This document shows positions 1 through 9,956 of a stretch of DNA of 64,000 bases, one piece after another (the stretch's first letter is position 1; each line of letters opens with the position of its first letter). The stretch comes from an uncultured Prolixibacteraceae bacterium (GTDB lineage Bacteria > Bacteroidota > Bacteroidia > Bacteroidales > FEN-979), in assembly GCA_964642545.1 (NCBI GenBank), contig CAZXQU010000006.1:1534-65533 (forward strand). The letters are read 5' to 3'. The notes beneath the pieces are model-generated. The model ran no database searches. It saw only the letters and a list, made by a program, of their open reading frames with translations, and was not told where the DNA came from. The translations under genes were made by a program, and so were the position numbers.

Positions 1-1
1 G

Positions 2-334
2 TGGGTGGAAAAATTTATAGCAACAAATCCTTCCAATCCGGAAGCATACTACCTTTCGGGTATGATTCATTATGAGCGGGGAGAATTGCAAGAGGCGGAA
101 CAACAGTTAAAAAAGGCTCTCTACCTTGACCCTGACCACCTCCTTTCACATTTTCAAATGGCTGGTATTTGCAACAATCATGGCAAAGAGAAGCAAGCCA
201 GAAAACACATTCAAAATGTCGGTTATCTTCTTCAACAGTTTAAGGATGAGGACCTCCTGCCTGGCACAGAAGGGATGACAGCCGGTCAGCTTAGAAGCCT
301 TTTAAAACCAATCAACACCTCCGGGGATGCTTGA
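2..334 (+). CDS. TPR-repeat protein, C-terminal fragment (5' end outside window); possibly the TPR tail of a CheR-type methyltransferase
   Basis: The frame is open to the window edge. TPR-like helices are present (AYYLSGMIHYERGELQEAEQQLKKALYLDPDH). The stop overlaps the cheW start (ATGCTTGA). CheR-TPR fusions occur in Wsp/Frz-type clusters. The methyltransferase part is not visible, so the CheR call is inference. Confidence 0.5.
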   Translation, partial: WVEKFIATNPSNPEAYYLSGMIHYERGELQEAEQQLKKALYLDPDHLLSHFQMAGICNNHGKEKQARKHIQNVGYLLQQFKDEDLLPGTEGMTAGQLRSLLKPINTSGDA

Positions 335-848
335 CGAACAGGAATTACTGAAATCCAGGGCCCGCGACCTGGCGACACCCGATCATGACCAGATCTCTGA
401 TACAGGGACCAGGAAAGAGATGCTTATATTTCTTCTTTCAGGAGAGCATTATGCAATTGAGACATCTTTCGTAACTGAAGCCCTAAGTGTTCAGGAGATA
501 ACCCAGATACCAGGAATGCCAGCATACCTGACCGGAGTTATGAATGTAAGGGGAAGAATCGTTCCTGTGGTGAATCTGAAAAAATTGTACTCGCTAAAAG
601 AGGAGGGGATTGTTGCGTCCACTAAGACTCTAATCCTAAGTGAAGATACTTATGAAGTCGCAGTTCTGACAGATGCCATCCTTCCTACCCGATGGATCGC
701 TGAATCTTCCATCAAGCCCGTCCCTTCAAACCTCCGTGGGGTGGGAATTGAACAGTTACTTGGTGCTACAGAGGATGCCCTTATTATCCTCGACGGCAAC
801 AGCCTGATAAACAAGCTTAAAACTTCATTGACAAATCGAAAATCATAA
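327..848 (+). CDS. cheW: Chemotaxis coupling protein CheW
   Basis: 173 aa with a single CheW-like domain (LIFLLSGEHYAIE, VMNVRGRIVPVVNL). Translationally coupled to the upstream ORF. Confidence 0.9.
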   Translation: MLDEQELLKSRARDLATPDHDQISDTGTRKEMLIFLLSGEHYAIETSFVTEALSVQEITQIPGMPAYLTGVMNVRGRIVPVVNLKKLYSLKEEGIVASTKTLILSEDTYEVAVLTDAILPTRWIAESSIKPVPSNLRGVGIEQLLGATEDALIILDGNSLINKLKTSLTNRKS

Positions 849-880
849 CATAATCAACTATTAACTAAGGAGAGACAATT

Positions 881-2374
881 ATGAAATCTGGATTTATCAT
901 CAGTACAAGGGCTCAATTGTATCTTGGAGCAGGGACCATCTTTACATGCGTTGTTATTGTGATTATTGCAGGTATTATTGGGACACAGCGAATCGATGAG
1001 ATTTATACAAAGATTGAGCAATCGCATAAGATCTCAAATTTGCTCACCGAGATGAAATCGGATCAGAACAGCAATCACTCTCTCGCCTTGCAGATGGTGA
1101 TGACGAAAGATCCGATACTGCAGATGGAGCTTGAGACTGAGATCCGTGCCCAGGCCGACAAAATAACAACTCTTCACGGGAACCTGGAACAGCTGCTTCT
1201 GATATACCCTGAGACCCTTGGAACGTATAAAGAAGTTGAAACGCTCTTTGCCGACTATCGAAAAAACAGAGATCGACAGATCATGCTTCTGAAAGAGGGG
1301 AAGCATTTAGAAGCGGAAGCCCTCACTACGACAATTCAGGTACCATTGTTTGAAAAACTTCTTGGTACCATCAATGCAATCCAGGGAGATCTCGCCGGAA
1401 TAACCCAACACTTAACTGCTGAAGCAACCAATGTCAGCAAAAATGCCAGAATATTGATCTGGATTCCTGGGGGTATTTCCATCCTGGTAGTTATACTGAT
1501 GGTTGCCTGGGCTATTTGGGTAATACGCAGCCTGAACCGGGAAATCCTTGATGGGATAAACATCCTTGATATAACAACCAACGAGATTCTCACTACAGCA
1601 ACTGAAGTGTCAACAGGAGCCACAGAAACTGCCACATCGGTTGCGGAGACGACCACTACGATTGAAGAGGTACGTCAAACCTCACAGTTAGCGAATAAAA
1701 AAGCAATCAAAGTTCTTGAAAACTCGCAAAGAGCTTCGGAAGTGGCAGAAAACGGGAAGGTAGCAGTTATGAAGACAATCGAAGGGATGGACAGGATCAA
1801 GTCGCAGATGGACCTGATTGCTGCGAGCATCGTCCAACTGGCAGATCAAAGCAGGGTGATCGGAGATATTACCACAACCGTCACCGACCTGGCGGACCAG
1901 TCTAATCTTTTAGCCGTTAATGCAGCGATCGAAGCAGCAAAGGCAGGGGAACAAGGCAGGGGATTTGCAGTAGTTGCACAAGAGATTCGAAGCCTGGCAG
2001 AGCAATCAAAAAAATCGACATCTCAGGTAAAGGAAATCCTGAACGAAGTGCAAAAATCGGTAAGCCATGCTGTTATGGCAACGGAACAGGGCAGCAAAGC
2101 TGTTGAGAGCGGGAGTGCCCTGGCCAATGAAAGCGGTGAAGTGATTGAGTTGCTCGCCGAGACGGTTGAGGAGGCTGCACAATCGGCACTTCAGATATCA
2201 TCCTCTACCAATGAACAGATGGCCGGAATGGATCAGATCGTACCGGCCATGGAGAATATCAAGCAAGCCAGTGAACAAAATGTGATTGGGACAAGGCAAA
2301 CGCAAACAGTAGCTACAAACCTTTCCAAACTGGGTGAAACGTTCAAGATGACGATCAGGAAGTTTAACGTATAA
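881..2374 (+). CDS. Methyl-accepting chemotaxis protein
   Basis: Two TM segments flank a helical sensor region. The conserved MCP signalling hairpin is present ([40 protein letters not shown]). Confidence 0.9.
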   Translation: MKSGFIISTRAQLYLGAGTIFTCVVIVIIAGIIGTQRIDEIYTKIEQSHKISNLLTEMKSDQNSNHSLALQMVMTKDPILQMELETEIRAQADKITTLHGNLEQLLLIYPETLGTYKEVETLFADYRKNRDRQIMLLKEGKHLEAEALTTTIQVPLFEKLLGTINAIQGDLAGITQHLTAEATNVSKNARILIWIPGGISILVVILMVAWAIWVIRSLNREILDGINILDITTNEILTTATEVSTGATETATSVAETTTTIEEVRQTSQLANKKAIKVLENSQRASEVAENGKVAVMKTIEGMDRIKSQMDLIAASIVQLADQSRVIGDITTTVTDLADQSNLLAVNAAIEAAKAGEQGRGFAVVAQEIRSLAEQSKKSTSQVKEILNEVQKSVSHAVMATEQGSKAVESGSALANESGEVIELLAETVEEAAQSALQISSSTNEQMAGMDQIVPAMENIKQASEQNVIGTRQTQTVATNLSKLGETFKMTIRKFNV

Positions 2375-2382
2375 CAGGTGTA

Positions 2383-4536
2383 ATGGACAGTAAACAGGAA
2401 GCCTTTCTAAAGGAACTTCTGGTCGACTTCAAAATTGAGGCAGCCGAGCACTATCAGTCCATCATCAACGGACTGATTGATTTGGAACAGCACCCTCAGT
2501 CTGGTGCCAACCAACTCCTGATTGAGACAACATTCCGTGAACTGCATAGTCTCAAAGGGGCGGCACGTGCAGTGAACCTGCTCGATATTGAGAGATTATG
2601 TCAGAGTGCAGAAAGCGTATTTCACCTGCTTAAAGAACAAAATCTCTCTCTCTCACAGGACATATTCGATGTTTTTCACAAGGTTATGGACACGCTCCAG
2701 GTGATGCTGTCGGAGGTTGAGTTGAAAGAGAAGTCGATTCGGTCTGAAGCGATCAAGAATTTACAACGGCGGTTGGAGAAATGCACACTATCGGTCCGAC
2801 CTACATCCTTTGGGCTCCCCTCTCCCCCAATATTCAATTCGGATGAAACGGAGCCTGATATCATGGATGACCCTAAACCGAGTATCCCCACGATGGAGAG
2901 GCATATCGAATCAGGCAGCGTAAGGATTCCAACCAAAAAGCTGAACGACTTGTTAAACCAGACAGAAGAGTTGATTTCGGCAAAAGCAACATTAAACAGT
3001 CACATCAGCGACCTGAGAGATATCCACTCTTCCGATGAAAAGCTGTATAAACTTTATAACAATATTAGTCAATTCCAACGCTCTTTTTCGCGGATGATTG
3101 ACAACCTCCTGGTGAATATCAAAACCACCCTCCTGTACCCTTTTTCGACTGTTCTCGACATGATGCCAAAACTGGTAAGAGATCTCTCCCGGGAACAGAA
3201 CAAAGAGATTGCATTCAATATTCTCGGTAAAGAGACAGAGATCGACAGGAGAATCCTGGAAGAGATCAAGGATCCATTGATCCATCTGATCAGGAATTGC
3301 ATTGATCATGGACTTGAAACCCCGGAAGAGAGAATAAAAAACGGGAAGCCACCCAAAGGCTCGTTATCTATTTTTATCATCCAGGAGACCAACCAGCAGG
3401 TGATGATCCTGGTTAGCGACGATGGTGCCGGGATCCAGAAAGAGAAAGTGCTGGCTTCTGCTATTAAGAACGGGATCATTTCGGAAGAAGCAGCTGAAAG
3501 ACTAACACAGCAAGAGATCTTTGCACTGATCTTCCGTTCAGGGATTTCGACCAGCCAGTTCATCACCGACCTGTCGGGACGTGGGCTGGGGATGGCAATT
3601 GTATCTGAGAAAGTTGTCAAACTTGGTGGTTCCATATCCGTGGATTCTACTCCGGGGAAAGGGACAACATTTACGATCCTGTTGCCTCTCACTCTCTCCA
3701 CTTTTCATGGGATTCCCATCAGGGTGCAGGACCAGCTTTTCATCATACCTACCAGCTCTATTAACCAGGCAATCCGAATAAAACCAAACGATATCAAGAC
3801 TATCGAGGGAACCCCGGCAATCTCTCTGGGCGGACAGATGGTAGGACTAGTATTTATGGCAGACGTCCTTGGAATCCCATACAGGAAAACAAAAATAGAG
3901 GTCGAAGCAACCTATCCGGCATTAGTGATGGGAGATTCATTGAGGCGCATTGCATTTGTGATAGATAAAGTAATGGGCGAGCAGGAAGGGATTGTAAAAG
4001 ACATCACACCGATTCTGGGGAAAGTACAAAACATTGCTGGGGCCACTATCCTGGGGAGTGGAAAGATTGTCCCGGTACTGAACATTCCTGAGCTTTTTGA
4101 ATCAGCATCGCAAACCTCATCCGGCACCTCAGCCAGTATGGTGATTGAGCGCATGGCCCCAGAAGAGACTATAATACAGTCGATCCTGGTAGCGGAAGAT
4201 TCCATCACAGCAAGGTCATTGATACGAAATATCCTTGAAACCGCAGGATACGTAGTTCAAACTGCTGTTGACGGTCAGGAAGCATTACAAATGCTGAAGA
4301 AGGAGTGGTTTGACCTCCTGGTTTCAGACGTAGAGATGCCCCGATTGAATGGGTTTGAACTTACTGCCCGAATCAGGGAAGATAACAAGTTAAGCGAACT
4401 CCCGGTCATTCTTGTCACAGCCCTGGAGTCGGCTGACGACAGACAACGAGGCATGGATGCCGGAGCCAATGCCTACATCAATAAAAGTAGTTTTGAACAG
4501 AGTAACCTGGTTGAAACCATTCACAGGTTAATATAA
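2383..4536 (+). CDS. cheA: Hybrid CheA histidine kinase with C-terminal receiver domain (CheA-CheY)
   Basis: HPt (ELHSLKGAARAV), N box (HLIRNCIDHG), G1 (DDGAGI), G2 (GRGLGM), a CheW-like domain, and a terminal REC (ILVAEDS...DLLVSDVEMPRLNG). Confidence 0.9.
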   Translation: MDSKQEAFLKELLVDFKIEAAEHYQSIINGLIDLEQHPQSGANQLLIETTFRELHSLKGAARAVNLLDIERLCQSAESVFHLLKEQNLSLSQDIFDVFHKVMDTLQVMLSEVELKEKSIRSEAIKNLQRRLEKCTLSVRPTSFGLPSPPIFNSDETEPDIMDDPKPSIPTMERHIESGSVRIPTKKLNDLLNQTEELISAKATLNSHISDLRDIHSSDEKLYKLYNNISQFQRSFSRMIDNLLVNIKTTLLYPFSTVLDMMPKLVRDLSREQNKEIAFNILGKETEIDRRILEEIKDPLIHLIRNCIDHGLETPEERIKNGKPPKGSLSIFIIQETNQQVMILVSDDGAGIQKEKVLASAIKNGIISEEAAERLTQQEIFALIFRSGISTSQFITDLSGRGLGMAIVSEKVVKLGGSISVDSTPGKGTTFTILLPLTLSTFHGIPIRVQDQLFIIPTSSINQAIRIKPNDIKTIEGTPAISLGGQMVGLVFMADVLGIPYRKTKIEVEATYPALVMGDSLRRIAFVIDKVMGEQEGIVKDITPILGKVQNIAGATILGSGKIVPVLNIPELFESASQTSSGTSASMVIERMAPEETIIQSILVAEDSITARSLIRNILETAGYVVQTAVDGQEALQMLKKEWFDLLVSDVEMPRLNGFELTARIREDNKLSELPVILVTALESADDRQRGMDAGANAYINKSSFEQSNLVETIHRLI

Positions 4537-5624
4537 TGATCAATAAAGACAAAATCGGGGTCCTCATAGTGGATGATTCCATTACGGCGAGAAATCTCCT
4601 GAAGATATTACTGAATGAAGACCCTCAGTTTGAAATCATCGGGATCGTTTCCAATGGATCTGAAGCGGTTGCTTTTGTTAAAACCGAGAAGCCCGACGTC
4701 ATCAGCATGGACATCCATATGCCGGTGATGAACGGTTTTGAAGCTACCAGGCAGATCATGTCAACTAATCCCGTTCCAATCGTTATCGTTTCAACTGCAT
4801 ACAATCCCAGTGAGACCCAGCTCGCTTTCAAAGCACTGGAAGCAGGGGCTTTGACGATTCTTCCCAGGCCTATCGGACCCGGGCATCCGGATTTTCTGAA
4901 ACATGGAAAAACCTATCGCACAACATTGAAATCTCTTTCGGAAGTACGGGTCATCCGGCGGCATCAGAGTGGATCAAAACCAGTGGAAGATTCAGACAAG
5001 TACCTGAAATTTGATAAAAACACAGGAACCGAGGAAAGGAAAAGTATTGCCAGCAAGATTGTTGCAATAGGAGCCTCAGCAGGTGGACCAGCCGCCTTGC
5101 AAGCCATCATGAAATCGCTCCCCTCCGACTTTCCCGCTCCGATACTTGTTGTTCAGCATATTGATAAAGGGTTTGCAGAAGGATTTGCACAGTGGCTCGG
5201 GGAAATGTCAAAAATTCCTGTGATCATACCTAAAGATGGGGAACGACTTTTACCGGGACATGTATATCTCCCGAGTGGTGATCATCATCTTGGCGTTAAA
5301 CAAGAGGGAATCGTCTCCATCTCCTCCGCCTCCCCCGAACATGGATTACGTCCTGCAGTTAGCTACCTTTTCCGTTCAGTAGGATCTGTTTATGGGAACA
5401 ACACCACAGCCATTCTTCTCTCGGGAATGGGTCTCGATGGAGCCAGAGAGTTGAAGAAACTGAAAGAGTTAGGAGCTTTTACGATTGTGCAGAATGAAGA
5501 GACATCTCTTGTTTATGGGATGCCGGGAGAAGCAATCAGGCTCCATGCCTCCTGCCGGATACTTCCACCTGAACAAATGATCCAGGCAATATTGAATCAA
5601 TTCACATCGTTAGCTAAACTTTAA
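4536..5624 (+). CDS. cheB: Protein-glutamate methylesterase CheB (REC + methylesterase)
   Basis: REC (VLIVDDS...DVISMDIHMPVMNG). Esterase motifs GASAGGP, VVQHI and GMGLDGA. The start overlaps the cheA stop (TAATG). Confidence 0.9.
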   Translation: MINKDKIGVLIVDDSITARNLLKILLNEDPQFEIIGIVSNGSEAVAFVKTEKPDVISMDIHMPVMNGFEATRQIMSTNPVPIVIVSTAYNPSETQLAFKALEAGALTILPRPIGPGHPDFLKHGKTYRTTLKSLSEVRVIRRHQSGSKPVEDSDKYLKFDKNTGTEERKSIASKIVAIGASAGGPAALQAIMKSLPSDFPAPILVVQHIDKGFAEGFAQWLGEMSKIPVIIPKDGERLLPGHVYLPSGDHHLGVKQEGIVSISSASPEHGLRPAVSYLFRSVGSVYGNNTTAILLSGMGLDGARELKKLKELGAFTIVQNEETSLVYGMPGEAIRLHASCRILPPEQMIQAILNQFTSLAKL

Positions 5625-5630
5625 ATCTAT

Positions 5631-6896
5631 ATGAATAACGGATACAACATCACTTTGGGAGACAGTTACATCATGGCTGTAGAAGATTCTGTGGTTCAGG
5701 CCAAGCGGCTGAAACATTTTCTGGACATGAATAACCTGAACAACAAGGTATTCTACACTGCAACAGAAGCTTATCAGGCTGCATTAACCACTCCCCCGAT
5801 ACTGATTATCAGCGATATCGTGATGCCAGGGATAGATGGTTACGAATTCTGTAAAAAACTGAAAGAGACTCCTGCATTGAAGGATATTCCTATCATCCTG
5901 CTCACCTCTCTCAATGACCCGCTTGATATTATCAAAGGCCTTCAGGCCGGAGCTGATAACTTCATCACGAAACCATATGAAGAGAAATATCTCCTCTCCC
6001 GTATCAATTACCTGCTTGCTAACAGTGAAATAAGGAGATCAGGTGGTGGAGAGATGGTCCTTGAAATCGTTTTCCGCGGAAATAAATACGCCATTAACTC
6101 CGATAAGAAGCAGATCCTCGACCTCCTTCTATCAGTATATGAAGCTGCTGTTCAACGCAATGACGAGCTGATTATAGCACAGGAACAGCTTCAGATGCTG
6201 AATGAGAACCTGATTTCCTCAAATCGCGAGCTGGAAGCCTTCTCCTACACAGTATCCCATGATCTTCGCTCACCCCTCCATACAATTCATGGATATACAC
6301 AATTGATGCTTGAAGACTATACGGAGAGACTGGAACCTGAAGCCCTTGGATTTTTAGAAACGATCTTATCAGCATCTAAAAATATGGCCCAGTTGATTGA
6401 TGATCTGTTGAAATTCTCCAGGTCGGGCCGTGCAGTCTTAACCAAAGTTGATGTCGACTTAAGCAACATGGCCAATCAGGTTATCCAAACTATTCGTCAA
6501 CGTGATCCTTTACGCAATGTACACGTCAAAATTGCAGAAGGAATATCAGGATATGCGGATAAAAATCTCATGGGAGTTATTCTCGACAACTTATTGGGGA
6601 ATGCCTGGAAATATTCTGGGAAGAATAGTGAAGCCGAAATAGAATTCGGACAAACCGAGATTGAAGGAGAGAAAGTTTATTTTATTAAAGACAACGGTGC
6701 CGGGTTTGATATGGAAAAAGCCGATACCATGTTCAGTCCGTTTGAACGTTTCCATACCACTGCTGAATTTCCAGGAACTGGTGTTGGGTTAGCTACCGTA
6801 AGACGGATACTTGAAAAACATGATGGCCGGATCTGGGCCGAGAGTGAGGTTGGGAAAGGATCGATATTCTATTTTACACTTCCCGAAGGCCGTTAA
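5631..6896 (+). CDS. Response regulator / histidine kinase hybrid (REC-HisKA-HATPase), last gene of the chemosensory operon
   Basis: REC (IMAVEDS...ILIISDIVMPGIDG), H box (SYTVSHDLRSPL), N box (DNLLGNAWKY), G boxes (DNGAGFD, GTGVGLA). Confidence 0.85.
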   Translation: MNNGYNITLGDSYIMAVEDSVVQAKRLKHFLDMNNLNNKVFYTATEAYQAALTTPPILIISDIVMPGIDGYEFCKKLKETPALKDIPIILLTSLNDPLDIIKGLQAGADNFITKPYEEKYLLSRINYLLANSEIRRSGGGEMVLEIVFRGNKYAINSDKKQILDLLLSVYEAAVQRNDELIIAQEQLQMLNENLISSNRELEAFSYTVSHDLRSPLHTIHGYTQLMLEDYTERLEPEALGFLETILSASKNMAQLIDDLLKFSRSGRAVLTKVDVDLSNMANQVIQTIRQRDPLRNVHVKIAEGISGYADKNLMGVILDNLLGNAWKYSGKNSEAEIEFGQTEIEGEKVYFIKDNGAGFDMEKADTMFSPFERFHTTAEFPGTGVGLATVRRILEKHDGRIWAESEVGKGSIFYFTLPEGR

Positions 6897-8698
6897 CTCA
6901 CCTTCCTGCTCCTTTTGCGTTCGATTTCATCGAGGATGATCTTTCGCAGCCGGATCGTTTTCGGTGTCACTTCCACGTATTCATCTCCCTGGATATATTC
7001 CATGGCCTCTTCGAGGCTGAATTTGATTGCCGGAATGATGACAGCTTTGTCATCCGATCCTGATGCGCGAACGTTCGAAAGTTTCTTAGTCTTAGTAAGA
7101 TTGATCAGCATATCATCGCCACGGGTATTTTCCCCAACCACCATTCCTGCATAGATGGGATCATTGGGTTCAATGAAAAACTTACCGCGATCCTGAAGCT
7201 TATCAATCGAATAGGTAATAGCCATGCCTTTCTCCATGGCTATCAGGGATCCATTGATACGATTCACCATATCCCCTCTCCAGGGCTCATAACCCTTGAA
7301 CCGGTGAGCCATAATCGCTTCTCCTTCAGTAGCTGTGAGAATTGGATTACGTAGTCCGATCAATCCACGGGCAGAAATAGTAAAATCGATGACAACCCTA
7401 TCACGTTTATTCAATATGTTGACAATTTCTCCACGTCGGCGAGTCACTAATTCTATTACTTTCCCTGAAAATTGATCTGGCACCTGGATCGTCAGGTTTT
7501 CTATCGGCTCCATTAAAGTACCGTTGATCAGTTTCGTAAGTACTTGTGGTTGCCCAAGCTGAAACTCATACCCTTCACGCCGCATTGTCTCTACAAGAAT
7601 AGCAAGGTGAAGTACTCCACGTCCGAAAACCAAAAATTTCTCAGGTGCTTCAGTCTCTTCAACGCGCAATGCAAGATTCTTCTCGGTCTCTTTGAATAAG
7701 CGTTCACGGATGTTTCTTGATGTGACAAACGTCCCATCTTGTCCTGCAAAAGGTGAATTATTAATGGTAAATACCATACTCATCGTAGGCTCATCGACCG
7801 TAATAGGCTTCAGTGCAACAGGATTCAACGTATCGGCGATGGTATCTCCTATATCGAAATTTTCGGGTCCCAATACAGCGCAAATCTCTCCGGCGCCGAC
7901 TTCCCATTTTACCTTCTCTTTGCTGAGTCCTTCAAAAAGGTAGAGCTCTTTGATCACCGATTTGATAATTGTCCCGTCACTCTTGACCAGAGAGACCTGC
8001 ATACCTGCTTTAATCGATCCTCTAGTAATCCGGCCAACGGCAATCCGCCCAACATAAGATGAATAATCCAGAGAGCTGATTTGCAGTTGAAGGGCACCTT
8101 CGCTTCGGGGAGGTTCCGGTATATGTTCCAGAATTGTATCCAGGAGGTAATGAATATCAGTTGTTGGGTTCCGCCAGTCATCCGACATCCAGCCCTGTTT
8201 CGAAGAGCCATATACGGTAGGGAAATTCAGCTGGTCTTCAGTTGCGTCCAAACTGAACATCAACTCAAACATAGCTTCATGCACCTCATCGGGAGAGCAA
8301 TTTGGTTTATCAACCTTGTTGATAACAACAATTGGCTTTTTCCCAAGCTCAATCGCCTTTTGCAATACAAACCTGGTTTGCGGCATCGGTCCTTCGAAAG
8401 CATCAACTAAAATAAGCACGCCATCAGCCATATTGAGAACCCGCTCCACTTCACCGCCGAAGTCAGCGTGTCCTGGAGTATCTATAATATTGATTTTAAC
8501 ACCTTTATAACGAACTGATACATTTTTCGACAAAATAGTAATTCCTCTTTCTCGCTCAAGGTCATTGGAGTCAAGGATCAGATCCCTAACCTCCTGGTTC
8601 TCACGGAAGAGGTGAGTCTGATGTAACATCCTGTCAACCAAGGTTGTTTTTCCATGATCGACATGCGCAATGATTGCGATATTCCGGATATTTTGCAT
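6893..8698 (-). CDS. typA: Translational GTPase TypA/BipA
   Basis: 601 aa with GTPase motifs AHVDHGKTT, DTPGH and NKVD. The EF-G-like domain order is typical of BipA. Confidence 0.95.
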   Translation of the reverse strand: MQNIRNIAIIAHVDHGKTTLVDRMLHQTHLFRENQEVRDLILDSNDLERERGITILSKNVSVRYKGVKINIIDTPGHADFGGEVERVLNMADGVLILVDAFEGPMPQTRFVLQKAIELGKKPIVVINKVDKPNCSPDEVHEAMFELMFSLDATEDQLNFPTVYGSSKQGWMSDDWRNPTTDIHYLLDTILEHIPEPPRSEGALQLQISSLDYSSYVGRIAVGRITRGSIKAGMQVSLVKSDGTIIKSVIKELYLFEGLSKEKVKWEVGAGEICAVLGPENFDIGDTIADTLNPVALKPITVDEPTMSMVFTINNSPFAGQDGTFVTSRNIRERLFKETEKNLALRVEETEAPEKFLVFGRGVLHLAILVETMRREGYEFQLGQPQVLTKLINGTLMEPIENLTIQVPDQFSGKVIELVTRRRGEIVNILNKRDRVVIDFTISARGLIGLRNPILTATEGEAIMAHRFKGYEPWRGDMVNRINGSLIAMEKGMAITYSIDKLQDRGKFFIEPNDPIYAGMVVGENTRGDDMLINLTKTKKLSNVRASGSDDKAVIIPAIKFSLEEAMEYIQGDEYVEVTPKTIRLRKIILDEIERKRSRKVS

Positions 8699-8732
8699 TT
8701 AATATATTTATATATGTTGTTGAAATAATTTG

Positions 8733-8740
8733 CAAAATTA
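8733..8740 (-). promoter_or_regulatory. Candidate Bacteroidota -7 box (TAATTTTG, fits TAnnTTTG) for typA
   Basis: On the minus strand it reads TAATTTTG, 35 nt upstream of the typA ATG. A TTTG lies about 17-20 nt further upstream. Sequence match only. Confidence 0.35.
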
Positions 8741-8823
8741 CGATTTATTTCCATGCAAAACGAAAACAGGCAAAAGGAAAACCCCAAATGGTATGTTGCG
8801 TTGCCAATGTTGTATAGTTTTTT

Positions 8824-8831
8824 TAAGTTTG
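8824..8831 (+). promoter_or_regulatory. Candidate Bacteroidota -7 box (TAAGTTTG) for the 8851 gene
   Basis: TAAGTTTG fits TAnnTTTG and lies 20 nt upstream of the ATG at 8851. Confidence 0.35.
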
Positions 8832-8850
8832 CGCCACTAAAACTAAAACT

Positions 8851-9861
8851 ATGATCAAATACTGGATTGCCCGCCAAATGGTGAAACGCACGAAGAAGAG
8901 ACAGTTTTCCACTGAATACCTTGAACAGAAACATGTTGACCCAAACGAACCATTCCCCAACGACAGCTCCTATTTTTACGGTGGTGACAAGAAAGGTAAT
9001 GCCTTTATCACCCGGATGGCTTTTCGCTGGACAAGCCGTCCGCACGAATACTGGCTGGATTTTTACCTCAAAGGGCTTGGATTTTTCGGCATCCGGGAAG
9101 ATCCTGGTCCCGAAGGAGACGGATTTCAGCAGGGAACGTTGAAATACGAGCCTGTTGAAATCGGTAAAATATGGCGTGTTTCTTATGAAGGAAAAGTTGT
9201 TGACGAACTTGGCAAACCGCACGACTGCAAAATAGACCTGCTCTTTACGGGAGAGCATCCCATTTATGATTTTGCGAAAAGTTCCGATCAGCGGATGATC
9301 GCAAGAGCTATTTCCAAAGAGAAGTGGACCAAAGAGTTCTTTCATCACATGAAAGACACCCACCAGGTTCATTACGAGCAAACCGGTAGGTTTACCGGGA
9401 CCATCACCCTGGATGGAACGGCGCATGAGCTAGACATGATAGCCTCCCGCGACCACTCGTTCGGTTCCCGCACCTGGCTTACATGGGATCGGCATTACTG
9501 GATCACCGGGGTTGCCGACAACGGCTATCGCTGGACCGTTACAACCATCAAATGGCAGTTCCTCGGAAGACTGACTGCCGGATTTGTTTTCGGGCCAGAT
9601 GGCGTTGCCGATGCGATCACCGAATGCACCGACCTGGAGACGATCTCCAAAGAACAGCTCCTTCCCAACCATGGCTTCATTGATATCTATACCAGGAGCG
9701 GAAAGCATCACAAACTTGAGTTCTGGCGCAAGGGCGAATTCCCTTACCTGCACGACGGGAAATACCATATGCGAGAAGGCATCGGCACATACAAGTTCGA
9801 TGGCGTTGATGGATTGGGAATGGTAGAGTTCGGGTTTCACGCGGACAGGTACAAGGTATGA
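8851..9861 (+). CDS. Hypothetical protein (336 aa), family not recognised
   Basis: Long ORF with ordinary amino-acid composition, a clean ATG and a candidate promoter. It ends inside a GTATGAGA array. I cannot name any motif in it with confidence. Confidence 0.6.
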   Translation: MIKYWIARQMVKRTKKRQFSTEYLEQKHVDPNEPFPNDSSYFYGGDKKGNAFITRMAFRWTSRPHEYWLDFYLKGLGFFGIREDPGPEGDGFQQGTLKYEPVEIGKIWRVSYEGKVVDELGKPHDCKIDLLFTGEHPIYDFAKSSDQRMIARAISKEKWTKEFFHHMKDTHQVHYEQTGRFTGTITLDGTAHELDMIASRDHSFGSRTWLTWDRHYWITGVADNGYRWTVTTIKWQFLGRLTAGFVFGPDGVADAITECTDLETISKEQLLPNHGFIDIYTRSGKHHKLEFWRKGEFPYLHDGKYHMREGIGTYKFDGVDGLGMVEFGFHADRYKV

Positions 9862-9942
9862 GAGTATGAGAGTATGAGAGTATGAGGGTTTGAGACTATG
9901 AAAGCGTAAGACATTGAGGTAGCGAGAAGCGAGAAGCGAAAA
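9856..9942 (+). repeat. 8-nt periodic tandem array: (GTATGAGA)x4 degrading through GTTTGAGA/CTATGAAA/GCGTAAGA to (AGCGAGA)x3
   Basis: Read directly. The first unit contains the TGA stop of the upstream CDS. The array fills almost the whole spacer up to the next start at 9957. Confidence 0.9.
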
Positions 9943-9956
9943 TAGAACAACAAATT

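Noticed and set aside
8578-9426. 282-aa minus-strand ORF spanning the typA start, the divergent spacer and the first half of the 8851 gene
   Set aside because: It overlaps two better-supported genes and their promoter region, has odd composition and no recognisable motifs, and is most likely a chance antisense ORF.
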